From the IMG/VR virus record IMGVR_UViG_3300037470_000672, positions 96,001 through 160,000 of that record: 64,000 nt of DNA. The stretch is one strand, 5' to 3'. Shown here piece by piece: positions 52,700 through 61,082 of the stretch (position 1 is the stretch's first letter; each line of letters opens with the position of its first letter). The notes under the pieces were generated by a model that was not told where the DNA came from, ran no database searches, and saw only the letters and a program-made list of their open reading frames with translations. A program made the translations under genes and the position numbers. This DNA is from a virus.

Positions 52700-52719
52700 T
52701 CTCGGAATTCCGAGCATTC
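52700..52719 (-). repeat. Dispersed motif A copy 8 (8-nt internal deletion)
   Basis: TCTCGGAATTCCGAGCATTC; collapses to the perfect palindrome CTCGGAATTCCGAG. Confidence 0.7.
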
Positions 52720-52729
52720 TTTAATCAAC

Positions 52730-53533
52730 TCAAAAAGGCGTTTCGTCCTCTTTGAGATCCGTGTGTTTGGTCGACTTGGTGTTGTCATCGCTGTCGTTGT
52801 TGCGGTCCCGTGGCGTGCTGTGACCGATGACGCGAGACTTGATCTCTGCCGGGCTGAGCGGCTTGAACAGCTCGAAGTAGTTGAAGGTGGGAACCTCGCG
52901 GAGCAATGGCTTGGCCGTGTCGTCGTCGACGTGGCGCACAGCAAAGGTCTTCTTCAACTCCTTCATCTTCTCGTCGTCCTTCTCCGCCTCCTCGAACAAG
53001 TCCTTGAGCAACTTGCCCTTGTAGCTGACCTTCTCGAACATCTTCGATGTGTCGACGTCGCGATCGAAGTCGAAGTCGTCGCCGGTGTTGGGGCTCTTGC
53101 CGGAGGCGCGGGATACCGTGACCATCTTGCCCGTGAGGTTCCCCTTCGCCTCCTTCTTCATCTCCATTTTTTTGCGGACGACCCCCTTGGCGGGGAACAG
53201 CTCCAGACCGTACTGGTGCACCTTGCCGTCCTTGTCGGTCCACGGCGTGCAGTTGACGACCGTGTACTGCCCGATCAGATCGGGCGACCCCAACTCCTTG
53301 AGCAAGAACTCGTAGGCCGCCGACTCGGCGCCGGGGTTCGTGAGCCAGTTCTTCCAGTCGCTACCGACACGGAACTGATGCTCGTAATAGAGGAAAGGCG
53401 AGTCGTCGACAAAGACGAGCGCCACCGACGACTCCGGTTTGAGCCACACACGGCGGGGGCCGTACTTGGACGCCTTCGCCGCACGATCGCGCTTCTCCAG
53501 ATCGGAATTGTACCCTGTGCTGTACCAGCTCAT
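52730..53533 (-). CDS. Single-stranded DNA-binding protein (gp32-like)
   Basis: RRVWLKP...FVDDSPFLYYEHQF core, acidic C-terminal tail ending ETPF; position in the replication module; start ATG 53533 after AAGGAG. Confidence 0.7.
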   Translation of the reverse strand: MSWYSTGYNSDLEKRDRAAKASKYGPRRVWLKPESSVALVFVDDSPFLYYEHQFRVGSDWKNWLTNPGAESAAYEFLLKELGSPDLIGQYTVVNCTPWTDKDGKVHQYGLELFPAKGVVRKKMEMKKEAKGNLTGKMVTVSRASGKSPNTGDDFDFDRDVDTSKMFEKVSYKGKLLKDLFEEAEKDDEKMKELKKTFAVRHVDDDTAKPLLREVPTFNYFELFKPLSPAEIKSRVIGHSTPRDRNNDSDDNTKSTKHTDLKEDETPF

Positions 53534-53617
53534 GTGTTCTCCTTGTCGTGGCCGGAACCCCCGGCCTGTGACGTTTTTGGCATCGTGAGCAGAACCCCTG
53601 CTCATTGACGTAGCCGT

Positions 53618-53645
53618 ATCCTAAGGATTGTCGTCGGATTGTCAA
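53618..53645 (-). promoter_or_regulatory. Sigma70-type promoter upstream of SSB
   Basis: TTGACA-N16-TAGGAT; the -35 overlaps the primase stop codon. Confidence 0.65.
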
Positions 53646-54724
53646 GAGCTTCGCTGAGGGGGTCCCAGATGCTCTATCAGGAAGGGCAGGGCCAGCTCGT
53701 CTGGGTCTACACCGTCTGGCGGATCGACCACTCGGGCACCCTTGCGCAAACGAGCCGAGAGTTTTTGCAGCGTACCGGAAATCTTCTTGACGCCGTGGGC
53801 TGTCGTCCGCTCAGACCCGTAGACCCCTTGTTTTCCCGCGTCGTCGCCGTCACGAACGATGACGACCTCATCAAACCAGCGCACCAACTTCTCCACCTGG
53901 AAGTCCGAGATGTAGGCGCCGAGGGTGGCGAGGCAGTTGACGTAACCGTGCTTCCAAAGCCCTGCGACATCAAACATACCCTCGACCAAGTAGCAGACGG
54001 GGTAGTCTTTGACGATCTTGTCCTCTCCGTAGAGGTACAAATCCCGTCGGAAACCCTTGGCGTGCAACCACTTCGGTTGCACCCCCCGAAGGATTGTACG
54101 CCCCGAGATATTGACGAGCTTGCCTTTGCAGTCACGCATGGGCACCACAATGCGCCTGTTTCTCGGGTGGAACCCGTACTCGAAAAACCGGATGGTGATC
54201 TCGTCTAGGTTCCTCTCCGGGCCGGTCAGGTAGCTCCAAGCCTCCTCCGGCAGGTCTCTCAACGGTCGCAAATCCTGCTCAGGGATGCCCGGTTTTTCAT
54301 CCAGATCGGCAAACATCTCCGCTTGAACCGCGAGCTTGTTGCTGACTTTGATACCTGCGACCTCTTTTGCGCCGCTAAAGTAGGCCGCCCTTCGTACTCT
54401 GTTCTGAATACGCTCCAGCGACGGCTGATTGCTGTGCCGTAGTAAACCTTGTAGCTGAGAATAGTCCTCTCCCGAGAATGACCGTAGCTGCCACAGCAGA
54501 TCGTTGAACCCGCCGTACATAGGACCAACAGCGTTGCACGATTGACACTTGAAAAAACTCAGGTCGTTGGCCGCAATCTTGACCGCAAACGACGGCTTGG
54601 TGTCCGATCTCTTTTTGTGGGTCCACTTAGAAAAAGGACAGTTACCTCGCACCCATTCCGGCCCGACCCTAACGTCCGCGCACCCTAACGTACGTAACGT
54701 TTTGACGATGGTCTCAGCGTCCAT
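53642..54724 (-). CDS. DNA primase (Zn-binding plus TOPRIM)
   Basis: CPFSKWTH...CQSC, GRTI, YLVEGMFDV, LATLGA, VRDGDDAG. Confidence 0.9.
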   Translation of the reverse strand: MDAETIVKTLRTLGCADVRVGPEWVRGNCPFSKWTHKKRSDTKPSFAVKIAANDLSFFKCQSCNAVGPMYGGFNDLLWQLRSFSGEDYSQLQGLLRHSNQPSLERIQNRVRRAAYFSGAKEVAGIKVSNKLAVQAEMFADLDEKPGIPEQDLRPLRDLPEEAWSYLTGPERNLDEITIRFFEYGFHPRNRRIVVPMRDCKGKLVNISGRTILRGVQPKWLHAKGFRRDLYLYGEDKIVKDYPVCYLVEGMFDVAGLWKHGYVNCLATLGAYISDFQVEKLVRWFDEVVIVRDGDDAGKQGVYGSERTTAHGVKKISGTLQKLSARLRKGARVVDPPDGVDPDELALPFLIEHLGPPQRSS

Positions 54725-55037
54725 CGGCGCTACCTTCCTGGGTACGCTGCCAAGCCTCAAATAGCCGATCGAATTCGGCCTGTTTTTGTGATGTGCCGGG
54801 GGAGTTACGCTTCTTCCTCTCTAGGTCATGACCTTTGCCGGTCAAGCGTATCTGTTCAACAACCCCTTCCGCCTTTGAGGCGGGGGAAAGGTACCCGTAC
54901 TTGACGAGATTGTCCCTGGCGATGCTGAAAGCGCTCTCGAACCGCGTAGCGCCGGCACCACTTAGACCCTTTCCCTTCTGGTAAATCGCCAGGGTATTGT
55001 GCTTGAGGCAAACCGGGATGTTGGGTGGTACGGCCAT
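54714..55037 (-). CDS. Hypothetical protein
   Basis: 107-aa ORF between the helicase and primase genes. Confidence 0.55.
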   Translation of the reverse strand: MAVPPNIPVCLKHNTLAIYQKGKGLSGAGATRFESAFSIARDNLVKYGYLSPASKAEGVVEQIRLTGKGHDLERKKRNSPGTSQKQAEFDRLFEAWQRTQEGSADGR

Positions 55038-55052
55038 GTAGATCCTTTCACC

Positions 55053-56381
55053 TCAAAACAACTTGAGAATATCAGCATCCCCTGAGTCCCCAGAACTAGG
55101 CCCTGATGGGGGTGATCCTCCACCTGACGGCCCAGCGGGACCACCTGGACCACCTGGCGGTGTGTGGGTGACCCTCTGACATTCGGAAAAGTCCATGCGC
55201 TCGAAGTCCCAGTGGCATTCGACCTCGAACATGTCACCTTCGCGAATCTTGAGCGGCTTGATCGACATCCGCCGCATCTTCTTCTGGCTGTCCGTACGCC
55301 CAAGCGCGTAGGCCGCGTCCGCGTTCCAGCCCGCAGCGTCGGTCTGAGCGATGTTTGCGATGTCAGGGTTCGCCGAGCTGACTTTCACCTGGCGATTGAA
55401 CTGGGTTGTACCCAAGATGCCGATCTTGAAGCGCTTAGCTCCCCGCTTAAGGTCGTCGTACACGTTCGCCGCACGCTCGTTCTTTTTCTCAGATCGTTCG
55501 TCAGTCTTCAACAGGTAAAGCCCGTCGACGACCAAAAGGTCGGGCCTGAAATCATCCACGTAGGCCCACAGCGTCTCGACACGGAAGTCGAAGTCGCCGC
55601 CAACGATCTGCCAGCGCTCGTCCTTCTGTAGCTCCGGTAGAGCGTCCTTCCAGCGTTGCTCCTCGAAAACACCCAACTCCCCGCGGCGCATCTTGCCGTA
55701 GTCGAGCTGGAGATGGATGGCTGTGAAGCGTAACGCGACCGCGAGCTGGGACATCTCGGTGGTGAGGAAGAGAACCTTCTTGCCCTGAAGCCAGGCTTCA
55801 CGAGCGATGAGGATGGCGGCGAAGCTCTTTCCTACCCCGCCGCGGGCCACGAAGAGGATGAGGTCTTCGGGCCAGATACCCATCGTGGTGTCGGTGATGG
55901 ACGGCCACGGGAAGGGTATACCGCGCTCGCCGTTTCGGATCCGTTCGTACCAGTCCTGACCGGACTCGCTCAGCCCGGGCAGTGACTGGAGGAGGGCATC
56001 ACTGGTGTGCAGATAGTCATGGGTCTGCCGAGAGTTGGTGTACAGCAGGTCTACCGCTTGGCGCGGATCGCCGGCCAAAAGAGCCGTGTTCGCCTGGGAG
56101 ATAACGTCCTGGCAAGCACCGAACGCATAGCGGTTGCGCAGCTCCCCCACCCAGAAATCGACCGGCTCGGTGACTGGGTCGAGCACGAGTCCAAGCCGCC
56201 CCTCAACAGCGCCTACAGACGGCATGACCTGGTGTTTGGCGTAGAAGTCGATCACGAACGTGAACGCCGCGAGCCCGTCCCCTTCAAGAAGGTCAGCGCG
56301 AAAATTTTTGCGGACTATGTCTGCCAGCTTGTCCTTGTCCTCTTGCAGAAGCGAGAAAACAAAGGACTTGTCCAAGTCCAT
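55053..56381 (-). CDS. dnaB: Replicative DnaB-like helicase
   Basis: ARGGVGKS, FLTTEM, LVVDGLYL, TTQFNR, IAQTDA. Confidence 0.9.
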   Translation of the reverse strand: MDLDKSFVFSLLQEDKDKLADIVRKNFRADLLEGDGLAAFTFVIDFYAKHQVMPSVGAVEGRLGLVLDPVTEPVDFWVGELRNRYAFGACQDVISQANTALLAGDPRQAVDLLYTNSRQTHDYLHTSDALLQSLPGLSESGQDWYERIRNGERGIPFPWPSITDTTMGIWPEDLILFVARGGVGKSFAAILIAREAWLQGKKVLFLTTEMSQLAVALRFTAIHLQLDYGKMRRGELGVFEEQRWKDALPELQKDERWQIVGGDFDFRVETLWAYVDDFRPDLLVVDGLYLLKTDERSEKKNERAANVYDDLKRGAKRFKIGILGTTQFNRQVKVSSANPDIANIAQTDAAGWNADAAYALGRTDSQKKMRRMSIKPLKIREGDMFEVECHWDFERMDFSECQRVTHTPPGGPGGPAGPSGGGSPPSGPSSGDSGDADILKLF

Positions 56382-57010
56382 CAGGCGCCCCCGTCCAGAA
56401 GTTGCTGGGCTTTTTGCTCCTCCAGCGCACGCAAGTTGTGCCCTTCTACAATCAGGAAAGGCATTTTGTAGCGCGAGCGGCCAAGGATCCCCGGAAAGAC
56501 CTCCTCCACCTGGCGTTGCGACATCTGCGTTGTCACCACCGTAGGACGCTGGTGAGAAGCCCGCAGCGCTAAGAAACTGGAAAGCGCAGTAGCCCCGAAT
56601 ACGGGATTTGTGGCGTCTTGGGAGGTTAGGTCGTCAAGCGCCAAGAAGCAGACTTCCTGCGCCCGGATCAGCGCAGGCTGGTCATCCTCGTATGCACGCC
56701 GATGCCGGATGTCTTCCTGTAGCTGGGCGACAGATACGAACCGCGCGTCGAATCGATGAGCGAAGGCCACCTTGGTCAGCAGAGCAGCGATGCCCGACTT
56801 ACCAACCCCTGGGGGGCCAAAGACCCACATCCCCATCCCCTTGCACAACCACGGCACGGCGTTGTGGACGAATCGTTCGACCTTGCTCCGGACGGACTCC
56901 TGCACCCCAGCGAGCTGACAGTGCCACAGGTCGTGCGGGACGCAGATGAACTGGTAATCGCTCTCGTCGAGCTGGCGGCGAGCGTGCAGGTCTGCTGGGT
57001 CGTACATCAT
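56381..57010 (-). CDS. DnaC/IstB-like AAA+ helicase loader
   Basis: FGPPGVGKS, FLALDDL, RPTVVTTQM. Confidence 0.85.
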   Translation of the reverse strand: MMYDPADLHARRQLDESDYQFICVPHDLWHCQLAGVQESVRSKVERFVHNAVPWLCKGMGMWVFGPPGVGKSGIAALLTKVAFAHRFDARFVSVAQLQEDIRHRRAYEDDQPALIRAQEVCFLALDDLTSQDATNPVFGATALSSFLALRASHQRPTVVTTQMSQRQVEEVFPGILGRSRYKMPFLIVEGHNLRALEEQKAQQLLDGGA

Positions 57011-57035
57011 CCCCCACCCTCCGGGTCGTACATCA

Positions 57036-58640
57036 TCAGCTAACCTCCAGCTTCTCCTTGGCCTGCTTCACAGCCTCCACAAGCCGCGGACGCTCCTCTG
57101 AGAGGAATCCGTAGGGGTTGGCCTCATCCCAGGCATCCAGAGCCGCCTGAGCCGCCTCCAGCTCGCGCTGAGCTTGGATCGTGACCGAGCTGAGATTCGC
57201 CTGCTGCGCCTGTACCAAAATCTGATCGTGGAACTTCACGAGGAAACCGAGCGTGGGCACACCCAACGTAGACTTCTTCGGGAAAAACGCCCCGTGGATC
57301 GTGCGCCACTGGCACACGAGGTACATAACCCCCTTCTCGACCACGTCCTTGCTGTAGCCGTAGCCCTTCTCGGGGCTGATGAGCTTGTTGAGCATGCCCA
57401 GCTCCTTGACCTCCCACTTGGGCACCTCGACCTCCGGGAACAACTCGCGGAAGTTGGGCTCCCAGACCTCACGCCAGAGCCGCTGCGCCCAGCCGCGAAC
57501 CTTGGGCGGGCCTTTGGACTGGAGATTCGCCATCCGCTGCTCTCTGGCCTGCGCACGCCGTGCGTTCTCGCTCACCTGGGTTTTAGCCTTATGCCGCGCC
57601 GCGCCGATCACAGCGTCAATCGCCGCTTTGTTTGATCCTTGACGCGCCATGTCGGAGTCCTCCTCTTCTTCCGCCCCCTGAAGGGCCTGTGTCGCATGCT
57701 GGTACTGGTCCTGACGCATAGCGTCATCAACGCAACTGGTATTTCCCACGAGAACGGGCGGCGCCGTAGGCGCCTGGTCTTCTGTGTCTTGACCCGTGAG
57801 GTTCGTGAGGTTCGTGGTTTCTTGTGGGATTTCACCCACCCCCCTCACGGCGAAGCTATCCGATGTGTGAGCCGGCGACAGCCGGCCAATTCGCATCCTT
57901 TGGATGGCGTCTTCTTGGGGAGTGTCTTCGTTATTCTCGTTTGTTTTATGAATGACCGCCCGGTCAGAACTTTCCTGACCGGGCGGACAGAACTCGGATG
58001 ACCGGGCGGTCACACGATGGCTGACCGGACGGTCACTGGTCTCCGAAGGGGGCGTGACGCAGACGACACGTCCCCCTGACGTAAAGACCACCTCTGGGTG
58101 CAGCATTCGGCGGGGTACTTGCGGACCCTTCCCAAAGAAAGGATCGTCCCCCCGATCAGCAAGTATTCCGATCGACCATAGATTGGTAACAGCCTTGCAA
58201 AGAGGAGACAGGTCCCACACAGAGGACCGCTTGCGACCGTTTTTCGGGTTGGGGTCGGGCGTTCCCTTTTTTCTCCAATAAGCTGCACGCTTTTGTTGAG
58301 CCTGAGGGTCTGTGGAGGCTTTGAAAGCGCGCTTGTTGCGTATAAGGTACCCTTTCTCTTCCAGAGATGCTGCGGCGCGGTGAACGGACCTGGGATCGCA
58401 TCGGCAGTAGCGTGCGATCCTACCAATGCTGACATACGAGTAGTTTTTGTTGCCGTGGGCGTGCATGCCGATACACAGGAGAAGTTCAAGCTCCACCCTG
58501 GTGTGGCACATGTACCCGAGTGCCATAGTAACCAAGTTGGGCCAGCTCTGGAAAAACCCAACGAAAGGTTCCGCACACCAACTCGTCATGTGGACGTAGT
58601 CGTCATTCTCGTTCGCATTCTTCTTTACTGTGCGTGCCAT
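57036..58640 (-). CDS. Replication initiator with N-terminal winged HTH
   Basis: SIGRIARYCRCDPRSVHRAAASLEEKGYL; upstream of the loader and helicase; contains iterons; start ATG 58640 after AGGAGA. Confidence 0.75.
   Translation of the reverse strand: MARTVKKNANENDDYVHMTSWCAEPFVGFFQSWPNLVTMALGYMCHTRVELELLLCIGMHAHGNKNYSYVSIGRIARYCRCDPRSVHRAAASLEEKGYLIRNKRAFKASTDPQAQQKRAAYWRKKGTPDPNPKNGRKRSSVWDLSPLCKAVTNLWSIGILADRGDDPFFGKGPQVPRRMLHPEVVFTSGGRVVCVTPPSETSDRPVSHRVTARSSEFCPPGQESSDRAVIHKTNENNEDTPQEDAIQRMRIGRLSPAHTSDSFAVRGVGEIPQETTNLTNLTGQDTEDQAPTAPPVLVGNTSCVDDAMRQDQYQHATQALQGAEEEEDSDMARQGSNKAAIDAVIGAARHKAKTQVSENARRAQAREQRMANLQSKGPPKVRGWAQRLWREVWEPNFRELFPEVEVPKWEVKELGMLNKLISPEKGYGYSKDVVEKGVMYLVCQWRTIHGAFFPKKSTLGVPTLGFLVKFHDQILVQAQQANLSSVTIQAQRELEAAQAALDAWDEANPYGFLSEERPRLVEAVKQAKEKLEVS
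57930..58035. promoter_or_regulatory. Putative replication origin: four iterons plus AT-rich tract
   Basis: TGACCG-NN-CGG(T/A)CA at 57953, 57976, 57999 and 58022 (exact 23-bp period) next to TTATTCTCGTTTGTTTTATGAA. Confidence 0.8.
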
Positions 58641-58648
58641 CGGTTCTC

Positions 58649-59215
58649 CTAGTACCGGCGCGGGCCGGGGACTATCCCTTGAGCGTCCCAGGTGTCGGGA
58701 TCGGTTTTGTAGAAGGGGGCGATCTCGCCGACCGGCCAATATTCGGCCTCGCCGTCGCTGACGATCGGCTCTCTAAGAAGTTCGGGTGGAGCATCCTTTA
58801 GACGCTCGTGATAGCGCTCGTAGAAGCGTTCCAGCTTCTTGGCGTACTCAGTCTCTTCGCGGTACGCCTGCCACAGAAGCACAAGCAGCGGGGATAGGTC
58901 CCATTTGTTCCCGACGGGATACCCCATGTCGTAGCGATCCCAGTCCTCAGCGATTACGTACTGAGAAACCACTCGTATAAGTCCTTTATCCACAAGACTT
59001 TTTTTCCATCGATAAAGAGTTCGGGTCCCTACTCCGAGGGCGCCTGCGATCTCTCTGTAGTCGATGCGAGGTGGGCCTGGGTCATGCCACGCCAGGATGT
59101 ACATGAGGAAGGTCGCTTCTTGGGGAGTGATGCCCAGCCGCCAGATTGCGAGCGGTAGCATCTTGCGTGCCCAATCCAACGACCCGCTCACGGTGATCTC
59201 CAGATAGACCCCCAC
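58649..59215 (-). CDS. Winged-HTH DNA-binding protein
   Basis: YREIAGALGVGTRTLYRWKKSLVDKGLI. Confidence 0.7.
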   Translation of the reverse strand: MGVYLEITVSGSLDWARKMLPLAIWRLGITPQEATFLMYILAWHDPGPPRIDYREIAGALGVGTRTLYRWKKSLVDKGLIRVVSQYVIAEDWDRYDMGYPVGNKWDLSPLLVLLWQAYREETEYAKKLERFYERYHERLKDAPPELLREPIVSDGEAEYWPVGEIAPFYKTDPDTWDAQGIVPGPRRY

Positions 59216-59584
59216 CCGCCGCCGCGTCTAACCAAGACGGCGGCGGTTGGGGAGCAAACTAGACAAGGTCCCTAGCTCGCAAATCGATTGTCGAGAGGTG
59301 GTTAGACTTCTCGATTGACCACGTACACCTACAAAGAGTTGGGGGGACGATCAAGAAAATTCGACCGACCGTCCCCGCCGGATAGAGGGCACGCCCGTCT
59401 GCAAAGTTTCTCCGATACCTAAGCTAAACAGAGAATACCGTCGGATCTGTTCGGTTTTCGATCCTGCGGTCCCACCAAGCCGAGCGCTTGACGTACCCTT
59501 GCAAGTGGGCCAGGCTATCGTTAAACACACGCATCGGGCACACACCCCGCCCCGATCACAAGATCAACAAAGGACAAAATCAGA

Positions 59585-60037
59585 ATGGCCACCAAGAAGA
59601 AGACCGCAAAGAAGACCGCCAAGAAGACCGGTCGGTCGCCGGGTGCGACGACGTACAAGGACGTGCAGACCGCATTCGCTTTCGGTGGTATCGAGGCTGT
59701 GAAGGCTATGAACGCACACCCCCGAACCATCGCCAAAGCGCACCAAGGGCTCATCACGGCCGTCGCCGCCGGGTCGCTCAATCTCCGAGCCGACCACAAC
59801 CTCGACGATCTCGCCGCGCTGATCCCTGAAGCGAAGCACGGTCGTCGGGCACCGGCGGTCGGCGAGACCCGCGACTACAAGGTGCAAAAGATCAAGGACG
59901 CTCCCGTCTTCCTGCGCCTCGCCCTCTTCAACCTCGGCGTGAAGAAGGGACAAGTGGTTTCGGTGACCTTCGAGGAGGATGAGATCCGCGTACGCCGCAA
60001 AGGCGCGGGCCTGCGCGCGGTCACCGAAGCGGCCTGA
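59585..60037 (+). CDS. Putative regulator with C-terminal AbrB/SpoVT-like domain; the only clear plus-strand gene
   Basis: AAAGGA RBS; Lys-rich N-terminus; LGVKKGQVVSVTFEEDEIRVR; paralogous to 62768-63136. Confidence 0.7.
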   Translation: MATKKKTAKKTAKKTGRSPGATTYKDVQTAFAFGGIEAVKAMNAHPRTIAKAHQGLITAVAAGSLNLRADHNLDDLAALIPEAKHGRRAPAVGETRDYKVQKIKDAPVFLRLALFNLGVKKGQVVSVTFEEDEIRVRRKGAGLRAVTEAA

Positions 60038-60056
60038 TCTGCGAGCATGCGGCAAC

Positions 60057-60072
60057 CCGCCCGTACGGGCGG
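60057..60072. repeat. Palindrome B copy 4
   Basis: CCGCCCGTACGGGCGG just after the plus-strand AbrB-like gene. Confidence 0.9.
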
Positions 60073-60111
60073 ACCGGCGAGCGCGCTGTACTCTCTAGAG
60101 AGTACCCCTGA

Positions 60112-60243
60112 CTATGTATGGTAGCGCTCGCCGGTCAGGACGTTGACGACGTCGACGAGGTACCAGCCCGACCCGGAGTGGTGATCCCCCTCGATGAACG
60201 TGATGGCGGTGATCACGCCCTTGGTGTTGAAGCGCTTGGGCAT
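60112..60243 (-). CDS. Small hypothetical protein (43 aa)
   Basis: MPKRFNTKGVITAITFIEGDHHSGSGWYLVDVVNVLTGERYHT; GAGGAGG RBS; not in the ORF track. Confidence 0.6.
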   Translation of the reverse strand: MPKRFNTKGVITAITFIEGDHHSGSGWYLVDVVNVLTGERYHT

Positions 60244-60261
60244 ATCAGTCCTCCTCAGCAT

Positions 60262-60507
60262 CTAGCGGCCCTGGAGAACCGCGGCGCGCGCCATGAAGAT
60301 GGCCGCGATTCGGGCCTGGACGGCCGAGCCGAACACCGCCGGCACCTGGAGCGCAGCAGCCCCGCGGCGGTGGGCCTTGTCCGCGTGGGTGATGGCCTTC
60401 GCCATGTTCTCGGCGAAGCGAATGGCCTTCGCCGAGCTGCCGCACGCGCGGCCGTAGATGCTCTTGGAGATGCGGCTGATGTCCTTGGACTCGGGGATGC
60501 GGTTCAT
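60262..60507 (-). CDS. Small Ala-rich hypothetical protein
   Basis: ATG 60507 after AAGGAG, downstream of a consensus promoter. Confidence 0.6.
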   Translation of the reverse strand: MNRIPESKDISRISKSIYGRACGSSAKAIRFAENMAKAITHADKAHRRGAAALQVPAVFGSAVQARIAAIFMARAAVLQGR

Positions 60508-60548
60508 GTCGGGCTCCTTTTCGTCGAGCACCCTTGCTCGATGTCCAC

Positions 60549-60577
60549 ATCGTAACAGATCACTTTTCGATTGTCAA
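60549..60577 (-). promoter_or_regulatory. Strong sigma70-type (early) promoter
   Basis: TTGACA-N17-TACGAT with a TG extension. Confidence 0.8.
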
Positions 60578-60645
60578 CAATAGGAAGACTTCAGATCCGC
60601 AGATCTGTGAGGTATGTCACTTCAGCGATCTTTCTTGGGGCGGCC

Positions 60646-61082
60646 CTAGAAGTTGGGCGGCCAGAAGCTCCGCTCTCGCTCTGCCAGGACGGCATTGAGG
60701 AGCCGTGTGGCTTCTTCCTGCGACACGCCGATCTCACTGGCGGCAACCAACAGAGACAGGTGCAGCGCGTCGCGAGATAGGGTGTGGCGCACGAGCTGCC
60801 GGGTGAAGGCTACGAGCAGCTCTACGGAGACGGGCGCGGGGCTGGCTTGCCCAGGCGGATCATGTCTTGCCGGGTGCTGTTCAGGGACGAGCAGCATCCC
60901 GCCCCGATCGCCAGCGGCTCTTTCAGCTCCGGATCTTTCATCACTTCGCCGCACCAGTACCTCCCTTGGCGCTCGTCGTAGACGAGGGACGGACACGGAG
61001 CGATCGGTCCGTGTAGCTGCATTCCGAGTACGCAAGGGGCTTTCGAGCAGCAGTAACCGCTACCTACACAAGGTGCGACCAC
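60646..61082 (-). pseudogene. Cys-rich (Zn/Fe-S-binding-like) protein, possibly split by a -1 frameshift
   Basis: CVGSGYCC...C...C...WC...GCC; after KPA the -1 frame continues PAPVSVELLVAFTRQLVRH... with no start of its own. Confidence 0.5.

Noticed and set aside
24497-52719. Motif A as a CRISPR array
   Set aside because: Copies are hundreds of bp to many kb apart with no regular spacers, two are intragenic, and no cas operon is present (only a solo Cas4-like nuclease).
52658-53608. 316-aa plus-strand ORF
   Set aside because: Antisense shadow of the SSB gene.
59216-59584. Divergent intergenic region as tRNA or origin
   Set aside because: No cloverleaf or iterons seen; only a GC hairpin at 59216-59246 and weak promoter-like hexamers. 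The iteron cluster at 57953-58035 is a better origin candidate.
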